DNA of 64,000 nt from a virus: positions 84,085 to 148,084 of the IMG/VR virus record IMGVR_UViG_3300030098_006570. One strand, 5' to 3'. The stretch's first letter is position 1. Each line of letters opens with the position of its first letter. The position numbers and the translations under genes were made by a program. The notes below the pieces were generated by a model. It was given only the letters and a program-made list of their open reading frames with translations. It did not search any database and was not told the DNA's origin. Shown here piece by piece: positions 20,279-29,783 of the stretch.

Positions 20279-22314
20279 AGTTCCACCCGTTCTATCTTAT
20301 CGTCAGCCGGATTCAGCCGGGAGATAATCTTTAGTTCACACTCATTTTGGCGAAGCCAATCGTGCCAGTCACCCACTACACTCAAAGTAATTCCCTCCTC
20401 ATGAGGAAGCGTTTTGGCCGCCGTCTCGTTGGCGGCGACTTCATTGGAGTGGATAAATTCTTCCTTCTTGTAAGTACTGCCTTCTTTATCATAAAAGTGT
20501 TGGTGAGCAGCGCCTTCGGGGAGCAATTTATTGTCCCATCCAATAGTGATGACCTCGCTCACCCCCAGATGCTGAAGGAGATAGAAGACAGCCTCGTACA
20601 TGATGCCGGGCCCATAAGGACGGAGCATTCCTTGTTTGTCCAGGGTCCACTCATCAAAATTCTTCTTGGCCGCTACGGAGTTATCAAAATTTCTCTCCTG
20701 AATAAAGAACTTCAAATCACACTCTCCCAACTTGAAAGGAGTAGTGGACGCTTCCAAAACGACTGGGCGGCGCGCAGTGTAGTCATACTTCTTATAGTTA
20801 GCGCAGTTATAAACATGGAAATCCGTGAACGATGCAAACAGATCATAAGCCTGTTTGATGGCAATCGTGAGATTATTTTCCAGCAGCCCCTTTACGGCAT
20901 CCTCATCGTGTTCTGTTAACGTGGGTCCGCAAGAGAGCACATAACATTTCTCTCCCTTGAAGAGGTCCTTCAGGAGGGCCAGCTTTTCGGACTGCAGACC
21001 GAACTGGGCGACGGCCGTTGTTGCAGCTGCAGCACGATCTTTGGGGTTTTCTATCTGCAGTAGATCTTCGCGTGCTTTCCCAATACTGTCTTTGGTGCCC
21101 TCCAGGGGTACCCCTAAGCTCTCAACAAACTGTGCATACATATTTTCCGGAGTGAAGTTCTCAAGGATATGCTTTTGAAGAGCGAGAGCCTCTTGCTTAT
21201 AGTGCTGCTGCTTGGTAATTGCCTCCTTGAGGGCGCGCTTGTACGAGTTTTCCTTGGCATAAGCCCACATAGAATCCTTTTGGAGGACCCCATCCCAGAC
21301 GGCCGCCTTCTGAATCGGCTTCACATTATAATCTACCTTGATGATACGAGGAAAGTTTTTACCCTTCTTGTTGGGACGACAAATGTAATCCATCTGCCCG
21401 CTCCACGCCATCGTGATAAGCGGAAGACCATTATATGCTGCCTCAAACATAGGGAGGCCATACCCTTCCCCGTGAGCGATATTAATCAAGGCGCGCATGG
21501 ACGGGTGCTGATAGAGCCACGTAAGGTTCTCCATACTAATCTCTCCATGGACCATGTAAATCTTGCATTTGCGGTCCGGGATGGCCTGCAGGATTCGCTC
21601 AATTGTCCACCCTGTGTGGTAGCGATCTCGAATACTGTCGCATGCGATGCTTGTCTTGACCACAAGTCCCGCTGTCTCATCATCTTTGAAAGTTTCCGCA
21701 AACCACTTAATGGTGTTTTCCATATTCTTCCGGGGGCCCCACTGCGACACTACCAAGAAATTATTAGTAGTGGTAAACTCGATGTTTAGGGGGTCAGCTT
21801 CTCTTACCCGCGTGGGGTAATTCACAACTTCTACAGGGAGGTCAGGGCGCAGGCCCCAGTTCGGCACCTCTTCACCGGTTTCCTGAGCAGTGACAGCGTA
21901 CTTTGTATTCTGGAATACATCTCGTGAATGTGCAGAAATGGTAACCAAGCGCTGTACCGTCGTGTTGCATTTTTCAATCCACTGGGGGGCGACCTTGGTT
22001 GTTTCAATTCCAGCCGTATACCCAACGTTGTAGGGAGCAATGGGCTCAAACTCATTTGGAATAGTCACCTGTAGGGACATGTCAAAGGTCCCGCCGTTTT
22101 GAGTATAAACTTGAGTCTTTAGCATCAAGCTGTCCAACCACCGGCGCTCTTCGCTGTTTTCCATCATCATCCCGGTTTTCCCCCATGGGATATTGATAGC
22201 ATAAATATCAAATACGTCTTCTCGGGTGCGCAATGCTCGCAGCGCGAACCGGGCCTGTTCGCCATAGCCGGATCGGCTAAGAGCCGGCGCCTTCACTAAT
22301 ATTTTCTTTTTCAT
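20275..22314 (-). CDS. GT-B (GT4-like) glycosyltransferase fused to a Maf/DUF115-like domain
   Basis: SGYG, RKN and EGYGLPMFEA in the N-terminal part; VLSCGPTL...LGVSEVITIGWD in the C-terminal part. Confidence 0.75.
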   Translation of the reverse strand: MKKKILVKAPALSRSGYGEQARFALRALRTREDVFDIYAINIPWGKTGMMMENSEERRWLDSLMLKTQVYTQNGGTFDMSLQVTIPNEFEPIAPYNVGYTAGIETTKVAPQWIEKCNTTVQRLVTISAHSRDVFQNTKYAVTAQETGEEVPNWGLRPDLPVEVVNYPTRVREADPLNIEFTTTNNFLVVSQWGPRKNMENTIKWFAETFKDDETAGLVVKTSIACDSIRDRYHTGWTIERILQAIPDRKCKIYMVHGEISMENLTWLYQHPSMRALINIAHGEGYGLPMFEAAYNGLPLITMAWSGQMDYICRPNKKGKNFPRIIKVDYNVKPIQKAAVWDGVLQKDSMWAYAKENSYKRALKEAITKQQHYKQEALALQKHILENFTPENMYAQFVESLGVPLEGTKDSIGKAREDLLQIENPKDRAAAATTAVAQFGLQSEKLALLKDLFKGEKCYVLSCGPTLTEHDEDAVKGLLENNLTIAIKQAYDLFASFTDFHVYNCANYKKYDYTARRPVVLEASTTPFKLGECDLKFFIQERNFDNSVAAKKNFDEWTLDKQGMLRPYGPGIMYEAVFYLLQHLGVSEVITIGWDNKLLPEGAAHQHFYDKEGSTYKKEEFIHSNEVAANETAAKTLPHEEGITLSVVGDWHDWLRQNECELKIISRLNPADDKIERVEL

Positions 22315-23570
22315 CAGTACACCTTCACTTCATAGCTATTATAACCGGTCCGGTTCTCCCATGATCCCATGGTTTCATGGACATGCGTGAACAAATTGTC
22401 CCATCGCTCCACAAACGTTTCGAACCCAAACTGCTTTTCAGCCCAAGCACGACCGCGGAGGCCCCACTCGCGCCGCTGTTCTTCCGGCATCTTATACATA
22501 TCCGTCAGAGCTTGCACTACGTCCTCACCAGCCAGTCGGTCCTCGTATATAAAGGGAACTTCCTGACTGCCAATGATAGATTTGGACGATGGTTCTAATC
22601 CGATTCCGTACCAATTATCCTCTCCATCCTTTATCTGATCCTGAAGCCCTCCTGTCAGGGTTGCTATGATTGGGGTGCCACAGGAGAGAGACTCCAATGT
22701 AGATAACCCGAATCCTTCAGCGTCTGACACATTGATTGTGGCATCAGCAAGATTATACATCATTGCTAAATCAACCGCATTCACTTTTTCTTTAGACAAC
22801 AAAACCTGGCCGTTTGTCAGGTCAAGCTCTTTCATAATCGCTTCCAAATCCTGCCCATGAACGTCCTTTGGGTCTGTGTGCATTATAAGGGTGGCCTTGT
22901 CATGTAGATCGTTTTGGTCTAGAAAATCCTTAAACCAATAGATAAGAGATCCTGACTGTTTACGTCGTGCATTTCGATTATTCCATGCTACTACAAACTT
23001 GCCGGCTAATCCCTTCTCTTCCTTTATTGCCGCCACAGCCGCGGGGTCCAGCGGCTTGAAAATTTCCCCGTCCACCGCGTGGGGGATATAAGAACTCTCC
23101 ACACTAGGCGAGACAGTTTGTACAATATCATATGTAAGCTGTGAAATGCAAGCAATATGATCGTTAGAATCGTACCAGACGCGATTGAAGCTAGGATAGG
23201 GATAATTATCCCACACATGATAGTAAACCATGGGAACATGCGTTCTGATTTCGTTCTCAATATCCCACAGCCATGTATAAAATCTGGGATCGGTCATAAA
23301 CCAGAGAATATCCGGCTTTTGCTGGTGAATCATCGCGCGAACCATGTCCGCGTTTCCGTACCCATCTACAGGCCAAATGATCCAGTCTTGTCCCCACTCA
23401 GGCGTATGCTGAGGGTCGTGACGGGGGTGCTTGATGGCACCGCCGAAGCTGACAAATTGATATTTTCCTGTCTTGAGCATCCCTTCGATAATGTATTTTG
23501 TTTGTGTGCCCACACCGGAAGGGGAAAGCGGGTGGTCACTGATCGTAAAGATCTTAATCTTGTCTGACAT
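22314..23570 (-). CDS. GT4-family glycosyltransferase
   Basis: NRNARRK and EGFGLSTLES (EX7E); GGAG RBS before ATG 23570. Confidence 0.85.
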   Translation of the reverse strand: MSDKIKIFTISDHPLSPSGVGTQTKYIIEGMLKTGKYQFVSFGGAIKHPRHDPQHTPEWGQDWIIWPVDGYGNADMVRAMIHQQKPDILWFMTDPRFYTWLWDIENEIRTHVPMVYYHVWDNYPYPSFNRVWYDSNDHIACISQLTYDIVQTVSPSVESSYIPHAVDGEIFKPLDPAAVAAIKEEKGLAGKFVVAWNNRNARRKQSGSLIYWFKDFLDQNDLHDKATLIMHTDPKDVHGQDLEAIMKELDLTNGQVLLSKEKVNAVDLAMMYNLADATINVSDAEGFGLSTLESLSCGTPIIATLTGGLQDQIKDGEDNWYGIGLEPSSKSIIGSQEVPFIYEDRLAGEDVVQALTDMYKMPEEQRREWGLRGRAWAEKQFGFETFVERWDNLFTHVHETMGSWENRTGYNSYEVKVY

Positions 23571-23578
23571 TCTGTCTC

Positions 23579-24361
23579 CTAACGACAATGTTCGGTATTG
23601 AGGAGCTTGCATGGATACGGCTTATGGCAATGCAGCCGGTTTTTGATAGCAAACTTTTTGGTTATATTGTATATTGCTTGATATAGAAGTTTAAGCGCGT
23701 TTTCCGTTTTTTTGGGTCCGCTCGTCACTCTAAAAATCTCCACACGATCTTTTTTAGCCGTGCGCTTGAGCAGTGCAAAGTGGGTCTCAACGCTTTTAGG
23801 ATCTATACCGTGCTTTTGGCAAAAAAAGTGCTTGTATAGTGTAAGCTGGTAAGTGACCATCTTTTCAGCCTTCTTGCGGGAATCCCATCCCCAAGAGCAG
23901 GTTTTCCAGTCAAAAAGGTGGTAAGTGTCCCCTACCTTAACGACTGCATCCACAAAACCTTTAAAATTTATATTGAAATTCTCAATAGGAACGTAAAGCA
24001 TTTCCTCCGAAGAAAAAACCTCGTAATCGCCAAAATACTCTTTCAGTGCAGATTCAACCTGGGCTAGTATCTGAGGGCCCGCTTGACGCATCTGCTTTAC
24101 ATTGTTGGCGTTTACATCAATGTTCTTTTCAAACAATTTTTGTAGCTGCTTATCAAAGCCAATCTGGAATATCTCTGTTTCATCAATATCTTCTTTGAGA
24201 AGCTTCTTTTCACAGACATCATGGATGGCAGTCCCAAAAGCGGTGTATTCGTTGCCTTCAAATGGAGCAACTCTTTCCACCCAAGCCTTCTTATGGTAAT
24301 GGGGACAATGCGCCCAATCTTTTAGTTCTGAATAAGATATGTGTTCACGCGGTTGCATCAT
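23579..24361 (-). CDS. PD-(D/E)XK exonuclease (Cas4/RecB-like, Fe-S cysteines)
   Basis: CP, GTAIH, GFVD, DWKT, QLTLY and C-terminal Cys cluster. Confidence 0.85.
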   Translation of the reverse strand: MMQPREHISYSELKDWAHCPHYHKKAWVERVAPFEGNEYTAFGTAIHDVCEKKLLKEDIDETEIFQIGFDKQLQKLFEKNIDVNANNVKQMRQAGPQILAQVESALKEYFGDYEVFSSEEMLYVPIENFNINFKGFVDAVVKVGDTYHLFDWKTCSWGWDSRKKAEKMVTYQLTLYKHFFCQKHGIDPKSVETHFALLKRTAKKDRVEIFRVTSGPKKTENALKLLYQAIYNITKKFAIKNRLHCHKPYPCKLLNTEHCR

Positions 24362-24965
24362 CTACTATTTCTGTTATTACTTGATATAAAATGGGGGAGG
24401 TCTTAGCGACCACGGAGGGAGTATCGAGAAAATATTTTTCAAATCCATTAGCAAAGTACTCTGGCAGCGATGTAGCGCCATAAGGGGAAACAAATAGACC
24501 CATTGTCAGCATTACCAAAGTCGGATATCCCACTTCATTGGCTAAGAATTCATCAAACTGTTGATTATATTCTGTATACTGATAGAGCAGCGGATTAATA
24601 TGATATCCTTCAGCATTGAGGAGATGCCGGAGCTTTTCTCTCTTTCCTAAGAACTCCTCTCGGAGCGCAGAATTATGAATAAGATTCTCGTACTTTTTTT
24701 CTAGGGCATGAGCCACTTCATGAATGAAGTTCTCCAGCATATCAAAAACTGATGGTTCTTTCGAGGTCATATAAACAGCATCATTAGCATATGTTGCGTT
24801 GCGACCATTGAGTTCAGGGAAATCCCCAATGTAAACAATGTCGATGTTGTCCAATAGTTCGGGTGCCATATACTCTTCGACTGAGCTACAAAACTCACTA
24901 ATCTCCACACCCTTTTGGAGGGGGGATGTTACAAACACCGGAATATTATAAATATAATATTCCAT
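24345..24965 (-). CDS. Putative zincin-like metallopeptidase
   Basis: HEVAH (HExxH) plus downstream EYFA. Confidence 0.55.
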   Translation of the reverse strand: MEYYIYNIPVFVTSPLQKGVEISEFCSSVEEYMAPELLDNIDIVYIGDFPELNGRNATYANDAVYMTSKEPSVFDMLENFIHEVAHALEKKYENLIHNSALREEFLGKREKLRHLLNAEGYHINPLLYQYTEYNQQFDEFLANEVGYPTLVMLTMGLFVSPYGATSLPEYFANGFEKYFLDTPSVVAKTSPILYQVITEIVDDATA

Positions 24966-25213
24966 TACTCGCTAGCTTTCGACAACTCAACACTCTCAAC
25001 GTCAATGAGGGCCTGTTCGTATCCTCGCAAGAAATTTTCTTCCGCAACCGCCATTAGAAATTCCGGGAATTCAGCGGCAAAAACTTGCACAGCCATATCG
25101 ACGGTCACGTCCTCGGACGCCTCCAGGCGCTCGCCAATGTAATTGACCACTAGTGTCTTGAGGTTCGTCGTGGTCTCAACGAACTTTTCTATATCAGGGT
25201 TATTATCAATCAT
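24965..25213 (-). CDS. Hypothetical protein
   Basis: Likely start MIDNN at 25213. Confidence 0.6.
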   Translation of the reverse strand: MIDNNPDIEKFVETTTNLKTLVVNYIGERLEASEDVTVDMAVQVFAAEFPEFLMAVAEENFLRGYEQALIDVESVELSKASE

Positions 25214-25220
25214 TTTTGTC

Positions 25221-26540
25221 TCACAGATTTTGTGCAGCAAAAGTTGCAACCTTAGAACGCTCACCCTTATGAAGGGTAACATGCGAAGCCAGTTCAAACT
25301 TCTTGAATTTTTCTACCGCATGAGTCAAACCATTCGAGGTGGCATCGATGTAAACATTGTCAATCTGTTCAACATCGCCAGTCAGCACAATTTTGGTTCC
25401 TTCTCCTACTCTGGTTATTATAGTCTTTAGTTCGTGAGTTGTCAAGTTTTGAGATTCATCGATGATGATGAATGCATTAGAAATTGATCGGCCACGAATA
25501 TATGTCAGAGCTTCTATTTCTATTGTACCCTTTTGCATATAAATGTCAAGGGTTATTTTATCATTTCCCATCAAAAACTGGAGATTATCCTGGATGGGCA
25601 TAAGCCACGGAGACATTTTCTCCTCCATGGTTCCGGGCAGAAACCCTATGTCCTTTCCGAGGGGCTGTACGGGACGTGAGACGATTACACGCGTGTATTC
25701 CTGCTTGGACTCGTCTATGGTCTGCTCAAGGCCTGCAGCGATCGCACAGATCGTTTTACCGCTACCGGCCTTCCCAATGGCCGTAACAATTTGAATCTGA
25801 GGGTCCATCAAGGCATCCAGGAGGAATTGCTGTTCTTTATTGCGTGGCTTGATGCCCCATACTTTTTGTTTTCCTGTTATGAGTTGTTTCACCGGGGTGA
25901 CCGAATTAGTATATCGACCGAGCGCAGTCTTTTTTTCATTCGCATTAGAAACCAACATTACATACTGATTCGAATGGAGAGCGTCATTATCAAGATAAAC
26001 ATCTTCCCGTTCATAAAACCGGTCGATCGTTTGATCATCTACCAAGACTTGGGTATACCCAGTATAGATACTATCACTGTTGTCGACTATTTGATTATTA
26101 AGGAAGTCCTGAGACTCTAAACCCACTGCATCCGCAATGACCCGCATATTGATATCGCGCGATACCAGAATAACTTTGCGCGTATTTTCTCGCTGAGCTT
26201 TGAGGGCCGTTGCGATAATAAGATGATCTGGGACTTTGGAGTCTAGATCCTCCGGCAAATCTTCGGGCAAGAGTGCCGCTGCATTGATAGATTTGATAAT
26301 TCCCAATCCTTTGCGGATTCGGACCCCTTTCTGGAGTGATCCCGTAGCTCGCAAATCATCCCAGATGCGAATTATTTTACGTGCCTGGGCTCCTACAGGA
26401 TCCTGACGCTTTTTATGCTTGTCCACTTCCTCAAATACCTTGAGGGGAACGTGAATATCATTATTTTCAAATGCGTAGATACATTCTGCGTTTGTCAAAT
26501 AAACACTGGTATCTAAAACGTATATCTTTTTACGACTCAT
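25221..26540 (-). CDS. phoH: PIN-PhoH (PhoH2-type) ATPase
   Basis: PIN YVLDTSV; Walker A GKAGSGKT; GFLPG, RGRS, IIDESQN, GDVEQ. Confidence 0.93.
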   Translation of the reverse strand: MSRKKIYVLDTSVYLTNAECIYAFENNDIHVPLKVFEEVDKHKKRQDPVGAQARKIIRIWDDLRATGSLQKGVRIRKGLGIIKSINAAALLPEDLPEDLDSKVPDHLIIATALKAQRENTRKVILVSRDINMRVIADAVGLESQDFLNNQIVDNSDSIYTGYTQVLVDDQTIDRFYEREDVYLDNDALHSNQYVMLVSNANEKKTALGRYTNSVTPVKQLITGKQKVWGIKPRNKEQQFLLDALMDPQIQIVTAIGKAGSGKTICAIAAGLEQTIDESKQEYTRVIVSRPVQPLGKDIGFLPGTMEEKMSPWLMPIQDNLQFLMGNDKITLDIYMQKGTIEIEALTYIRGRSISNAFIIIDESQNLTTHELKTIITRVGEGTKIVLTGDVEQIDNVYIDATSNGLTHAVEKFKKFELASHVTLHKGERSKVATFAAQNL

Positions 26541-26584
26541 AGAGACCCTGCTGACGGTATACTATATAGGGTTGGCGCGCCTTT

Positions 26585-27100
26585 TTAATAGTTTCCCCCT
26601 TTGGGCGTCCCATCACACTGGATCACCTCTACACGCGAAGGCTGTAAGTCTCCCTCCGTCGCCACATCACCTACCATGCCGGCGTCTGTCACCAGAGTGG
26701 AAGAGCTTTGAACTTTTCCCCCACCCATATTCCATAGAAGTTGTACGCCTAATTCCTCGCACACATCCATTTCCGGAGTGTTATCGTTTTTGCGATCACC
26801 GCCGTTAGCAAAATAATCCGGCTTGATCCGCCGGAGCGCTTCGCATACAGTGCCGTCCCTATCATCAACGTTCGTTGTTTCACCAGTTGCTGTAAAGCCC
26901 TCTAGAATTTCGCACCGCTCCTCGAAAGGCATAAAGATATATCCTTTCTTTCGCATCAGCCAGTCATCAGAATTAACGATCACTACCACATGGCCGTGTT
27001 GCGCTGCTTCTTGTATCATACGGAGATGACCGATATGAACAGGATCGAAGCCTCCCGATACACAAACAACATCATAAGGAGTTTGGGGTAGATTAGTCAT
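26585..27100 (-). CDS. HxGH cytidylyltransferase (TagD/RfaE-like)
   Basis: SGGFDPVHIGH, FANGGDR, KVQSSS. Confidence 0.85.
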   Translation of the reverse strand: MTNLPQTPYDVVCVSGGFDPVHIGHLRMIQEAAQHGHVVVIVNSDDWLMRKKGYIFMPFEERCEILEGFTATGETTNVDDRDGTVCEALRRIKPDYFANGGDRKNDNTPEMDVCEELGVQLLWNMGGGKVQSSSTLVTDAGMVGDVATEGDLQPSRVEVIQCDGTPKGGNY

Positions 27101-27338
27101 TAGAGGGCTCCTCGGCGGCCTCTGGCCCCACAAAATAACGATTGATAGCGCCAATAGCCTCGTCAGCTTCCGCCAAGCGGGCGACAGCCCCAGCAATTTC
27201 CCCCACGATGTCAGGATGCTCACCCACCCCCACAGGACGAGTGAGATACAACTCAATGGTGGCCAAAGCCTCCTGACGCTTGGCGTCAAACCTCGCGAGG
27301 GTGGCACTCATAAACCGGTTAGTAAGTATATTGGACAT
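27093..27338 (-). CDS. Conserved phage hypothetical protein
   Basis: YLTRPVGVGEHPDIV motif. Confidence 0.65.
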   Translation of the reverse strand: MSNILTNRFMSATLARFDAKRQEALATIELYLTRPVGVGEHPDIVGEIAGAVARLAEADEAIGAINRYFVGPEAAEEPSND

Positions 27339-27356
27339 AATATTTTCCTTTCGTTA

Positions 27357-27432
27357 TGGCTGCGGCCGCTGGGCTCGAACCAGCGACCCGTTGATTAACA
27401 GTCAACTGCTCTACCAACTGAGCTATACCGCA
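27357..27432 (-). tRNA. trnN: tRNA-Asn(GTT)
   Basis: 76 nt; anticodon arm GTTGA-CTGTTAA-TCAAC, TTCGA T-loop, encoded CCA; 7:66 A-G mismatch. Confidence 0.93.
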
Positions 27433-27699
27433 CTATTCTTCTTTTTGCAAGTATACAACATTTCCTTCTTCTCTAAAAGTTTTTATTTCCTCTACAATCT
27501 CTTCTATTTCTTCCACTTCCCACGGCATGGGGATTAAGCCGTGATGTGACATTCCTACTTCTAAATAATTCAAGCGTCTCCAGACATTAGAATTAATTTT
27601 TTCCTGATACTTCTGAATCTTAGTTAGTACCCACAGCGTGATCACATTGAAAAAGAATCCTAATATGGCTATAAATAATACTAATTCAACTGTCATCAT
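27433..27699 (-). CDS. Hypothetical membrane protein
   Basis: N-terminal hydrophobic helix. Confidence 0.6.
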   Translation of the reverse strand: MMTVELVLFIAILGFFFNVITLWVLTKIQKYQEKINSNVWRRLNYLEVGMSHHGLIPMPWEVEEIEEIVEEIKTFREEGNVVYLQKEE

Positions 27700-28147
27700 T
27701 TTCTGGCTGTTCTACAACCTCCCACGTTTGATCGGGAAGTAATTCGACCTCAGCCAGAAAAGTACCGGGATCCACCCGGTGCCAGTATTGGGGCGCTATC
27801 AACGAAAGAAAATGACTTTGGTCTTTTCTTTGATACAAATAATAATGCTCTCCAATCACGGGCTCTATGTTAAAATCCGCCTCATAAATAACCTTTGAGA
27901 CGTTTACTCGTTCTTGTACTTCTTTTGCTTGTTCCATAATTATTTCTGCCTGTTTCTTAAGTTTTTCTATTTCTTTTTCCGCATATTTCTCGGCCGCGGA
28001 AATGGCCCGGCCCTTCAGGGTACTCATATCATTAGGCACGATAGCAGGAGCGCCCACATTCGTCCCATAGGGTTTTATATTAGCATCAAATTCTTCCGTC
28101 TCATAGTTATACACTACATTATCTGCAAATTTTTTATCTTTTGCCAT
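27686..28147 (-). CDS. DUF2452-like protein
   Basis: PYGTNVGAP and FNIEPVIGEHYYLY...LSLIAP pattern. Confidence 0.7.
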   Translation of the reverse strand: MAKDKKFADNVVYNYETEEFDANIKPYGTNVGAPAIVPNDMSTLKGRAISAAEKYAEKEIEKLKKQAEIIMEQAKEVQERVNVSKVIYEADFNIEPVIGEHYYLYQRKDQSHFLSLIAPQYWHRVDPGTFLAEVELLPDQTWEVVEQPENDDS

Positions 28148-28158
28148 TCGATTGCCTT

Positions 28159-28566
28159 CTACCAACGATGATCCTTTCCGGCCCAATCTTTAAATTTTTC
28201 TTCCCCGCCGCGAATCGCCCAATCCGAATCAATAGTAAGTTTGGAGGAAAGGCCTCCCCGGGGGTTGAAATCCATTTCCAAACGCAAACGATTCGGCTCG
28301 TAGACTTCTTTCAAATCATCATAAACCACATTGATGAGCCGCTCATACGAAAGCAGCCGATTGCGAAAATCCTGAAAATACTTTTTTAGGGATTTCAACT
28401 CAATTATACTATCTTTGGGATAAAAGACAATCCAAACCGTTGCAAAATCCGGCTGGTCCTTGACCCCAATAAAAGTAACCTCCGGGTTCTTGATATTTAT
28501 TTCATAACCATCCCCTGAAGGGTTTGGCAAAGTCTTGAGCAGCGACTTATTACTCCATGTTCTCAT
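28159..28566 (-). CDS. queF: QueF-like T-fold protein lacking the catalytic Cys
   Basis: QPDFA, ELKSLKKY (QueF motif), PRGG; no Cys in the protein. Confidence 0.75.
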   Translation of the reverse strand: MRTWSNKSLLKTLPNPSGDGYEINIKNPEVTFIGVKDQPDFATVWIVFYPKDSIIELKSLKKYFQDFRNRLLSYERLINVVYDDLKEVYEPNRLRLEMDFNPRGGLSSKLTIDSDWAIRGGEEKFKDWAGKDHRW

Positions 28567-28576
28567 ATATTCTCCT

Positions 28577-28652
28577 TGGTGCCGGCGCCACGAATCGAAC
28601 GCGGGACCTGCGGGTTACAAAACCGCTGCTCTACCAACTGAGCTACACCGGC
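28577..28652 (-). tRNA. trnT: tRNA-Thr(TGT)
   Basis: 76 nt; GCCGGTG acceptor strand, anticodon loop TTTGTAA, encoded ACCA. Confidence 0.92.
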
Positions 28653-29263
28653 GTTTTATTCATTATACTAGGTCTGACCCCAGAATTCAAGACAATTTGG
28701 CAAATGTGTTCCAGACGCTCTATGTGCTCAAAGGCGTCCCATGGATTTTTTCCGACCGCACATACTCCATGATTTCCTTGTCCCACCACATCGTATTCCG
28801 GCTTGCCCGGGCGTACGCCCAAGGCTTTAGAAGTAGCATCCGCCAAGGCCTGAGAGACCGCTGGGAGCACTGGAACATTGGGGCCCACGCGCGTGTACCT
28901 ATAGATCTCGGGAAACTGGCTCGCCATGATCTTGAGATCCCAACCGGCGTACATTGCTGCCACGATATTAGTGGAATGTACATGGAGAACACAGCGAGTC
29001 CTCACCGCGTCTTTTAAAATCTGCCAGTGCATCTCTAGCTCCCCAGAAGGGTTTTCCACCCAGGGCTTGTCAGCCAACGAGCCGTCTTCCGCAATGCGAA
29101 TAGATTTAATAAACTCGGGATATATCAGATTCTTTCTCACCCCAGAGGGAGTGATATATATTTTCCGATCGCCACTCTTACGGAGTGAACAGTTGCCATC
29201 GCGCGTAGTTATCCACCCACGCTTATAACACTCTCTCATCACATCGCCGATTGCTGTTATCAT
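28643..29263 (-). CDS. Class II aldolase/adducin-family protein
   Basis: DGNCS, ITPSG, PSGELEMH, LHVHS, NHG. Confidence 0.88.
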   Translation of the reverse strand: MITAIGDVMRECYKRGWITTRDGNCSLRKSGDRKIYITPSGVRKNLIYPEFIKSIRIAEDGSLADKPWVENPSGELEMHWQILKDAVRTRCVLHVHSTNIVAAMYAGWDLKIMASQFPEIYRYTRVGPNVPVLPAVSQALADATSKALGVRPGKPEYDVVGQGNHGVCAVGKNPWDAFEHIERLEHICQIVLNSGVRPSIMNKTPV

Positions 29264-29268
29264 TATTG

Positions 29269-29532
29269 CTATGTATGGTAAAGCGGATCTTTCTTTCTCT
29301 CTTCTTCCGCGTCTTCATAAGTTAGGACATGCGTAGGATACCTTACGATAGTATATAGGCCATGAAAGTTGCCGGGAATCTGAGCGCGAATCATTGAAGC
29401 CTCTTCCTTGCATGTCGCATCGATATAAAGTGTAAGCCCCATTGTACCTGGCTGAATATCATACATAGCGTCAGCACCCCATTCAAGCGCGGCTTCTAAG
29501 ATGATATTGTCTCTTTCGAGTTGTGAAATCAC
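29269..29532 (-). CDS. Hypothetical protein
   Basis: Coupled ORF. Confidence 0.5.
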   Translation of the reverse strand: MISQLERDNIILEAALEWGADAMYDIQPGTMGLTLYIDATCKEEASMIRAQIPGNFHGLYTIVRYPTHVLTYEDAEEERKKDPLYHT

Positions 29533-29720
29533 TAGTTTTTCTTTCTTCTAGTCTTTTTATGAAGCTTTTCAAACAAAAGCTTTTTCCAGAGGGTTGCTTC
29601 AATTTCTTCTTTAGGCATATTGAGAGAATAAAGACCGGCCAAAATTAAGCGAATTTCTCGATTGGACAAATAAACAGTCTTCAAGAAAGCCGGTAGTTTT
29701 TTTCCATTTTGGTCCGACAC
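29532..29720 (-). CDS. Hypothetical protein
   Basis: ACTATTTA motif and GGAG RBS upstream. Confidence 0.5.
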   Translation of the reverse strand: MSDQNGKKLPAFLKTVYLSNREIRLILAGLYSLNMPKEEIEATLWKKLLFEKLHKKTRRKKN

Positions 29721-29783
29721 GATATTGATCTCCTTGCATCACTAAATAGTGTGTCGGAGATTCTTTTTACTATATTGTGGCGT

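Noticed and set aside
10489-23570. Bacterial capsule or O-antigen locus (cellular DNA)
   Set aside because: No wzx/wzy or kps export genes; continuous and co-oriented with phage genes on both sides
23579-24361. Cas4 as part of a CRISPR system
   Set aside because: Stand-alone phage PD-(D/E)XK exonuclease; no array or cas1/cas2
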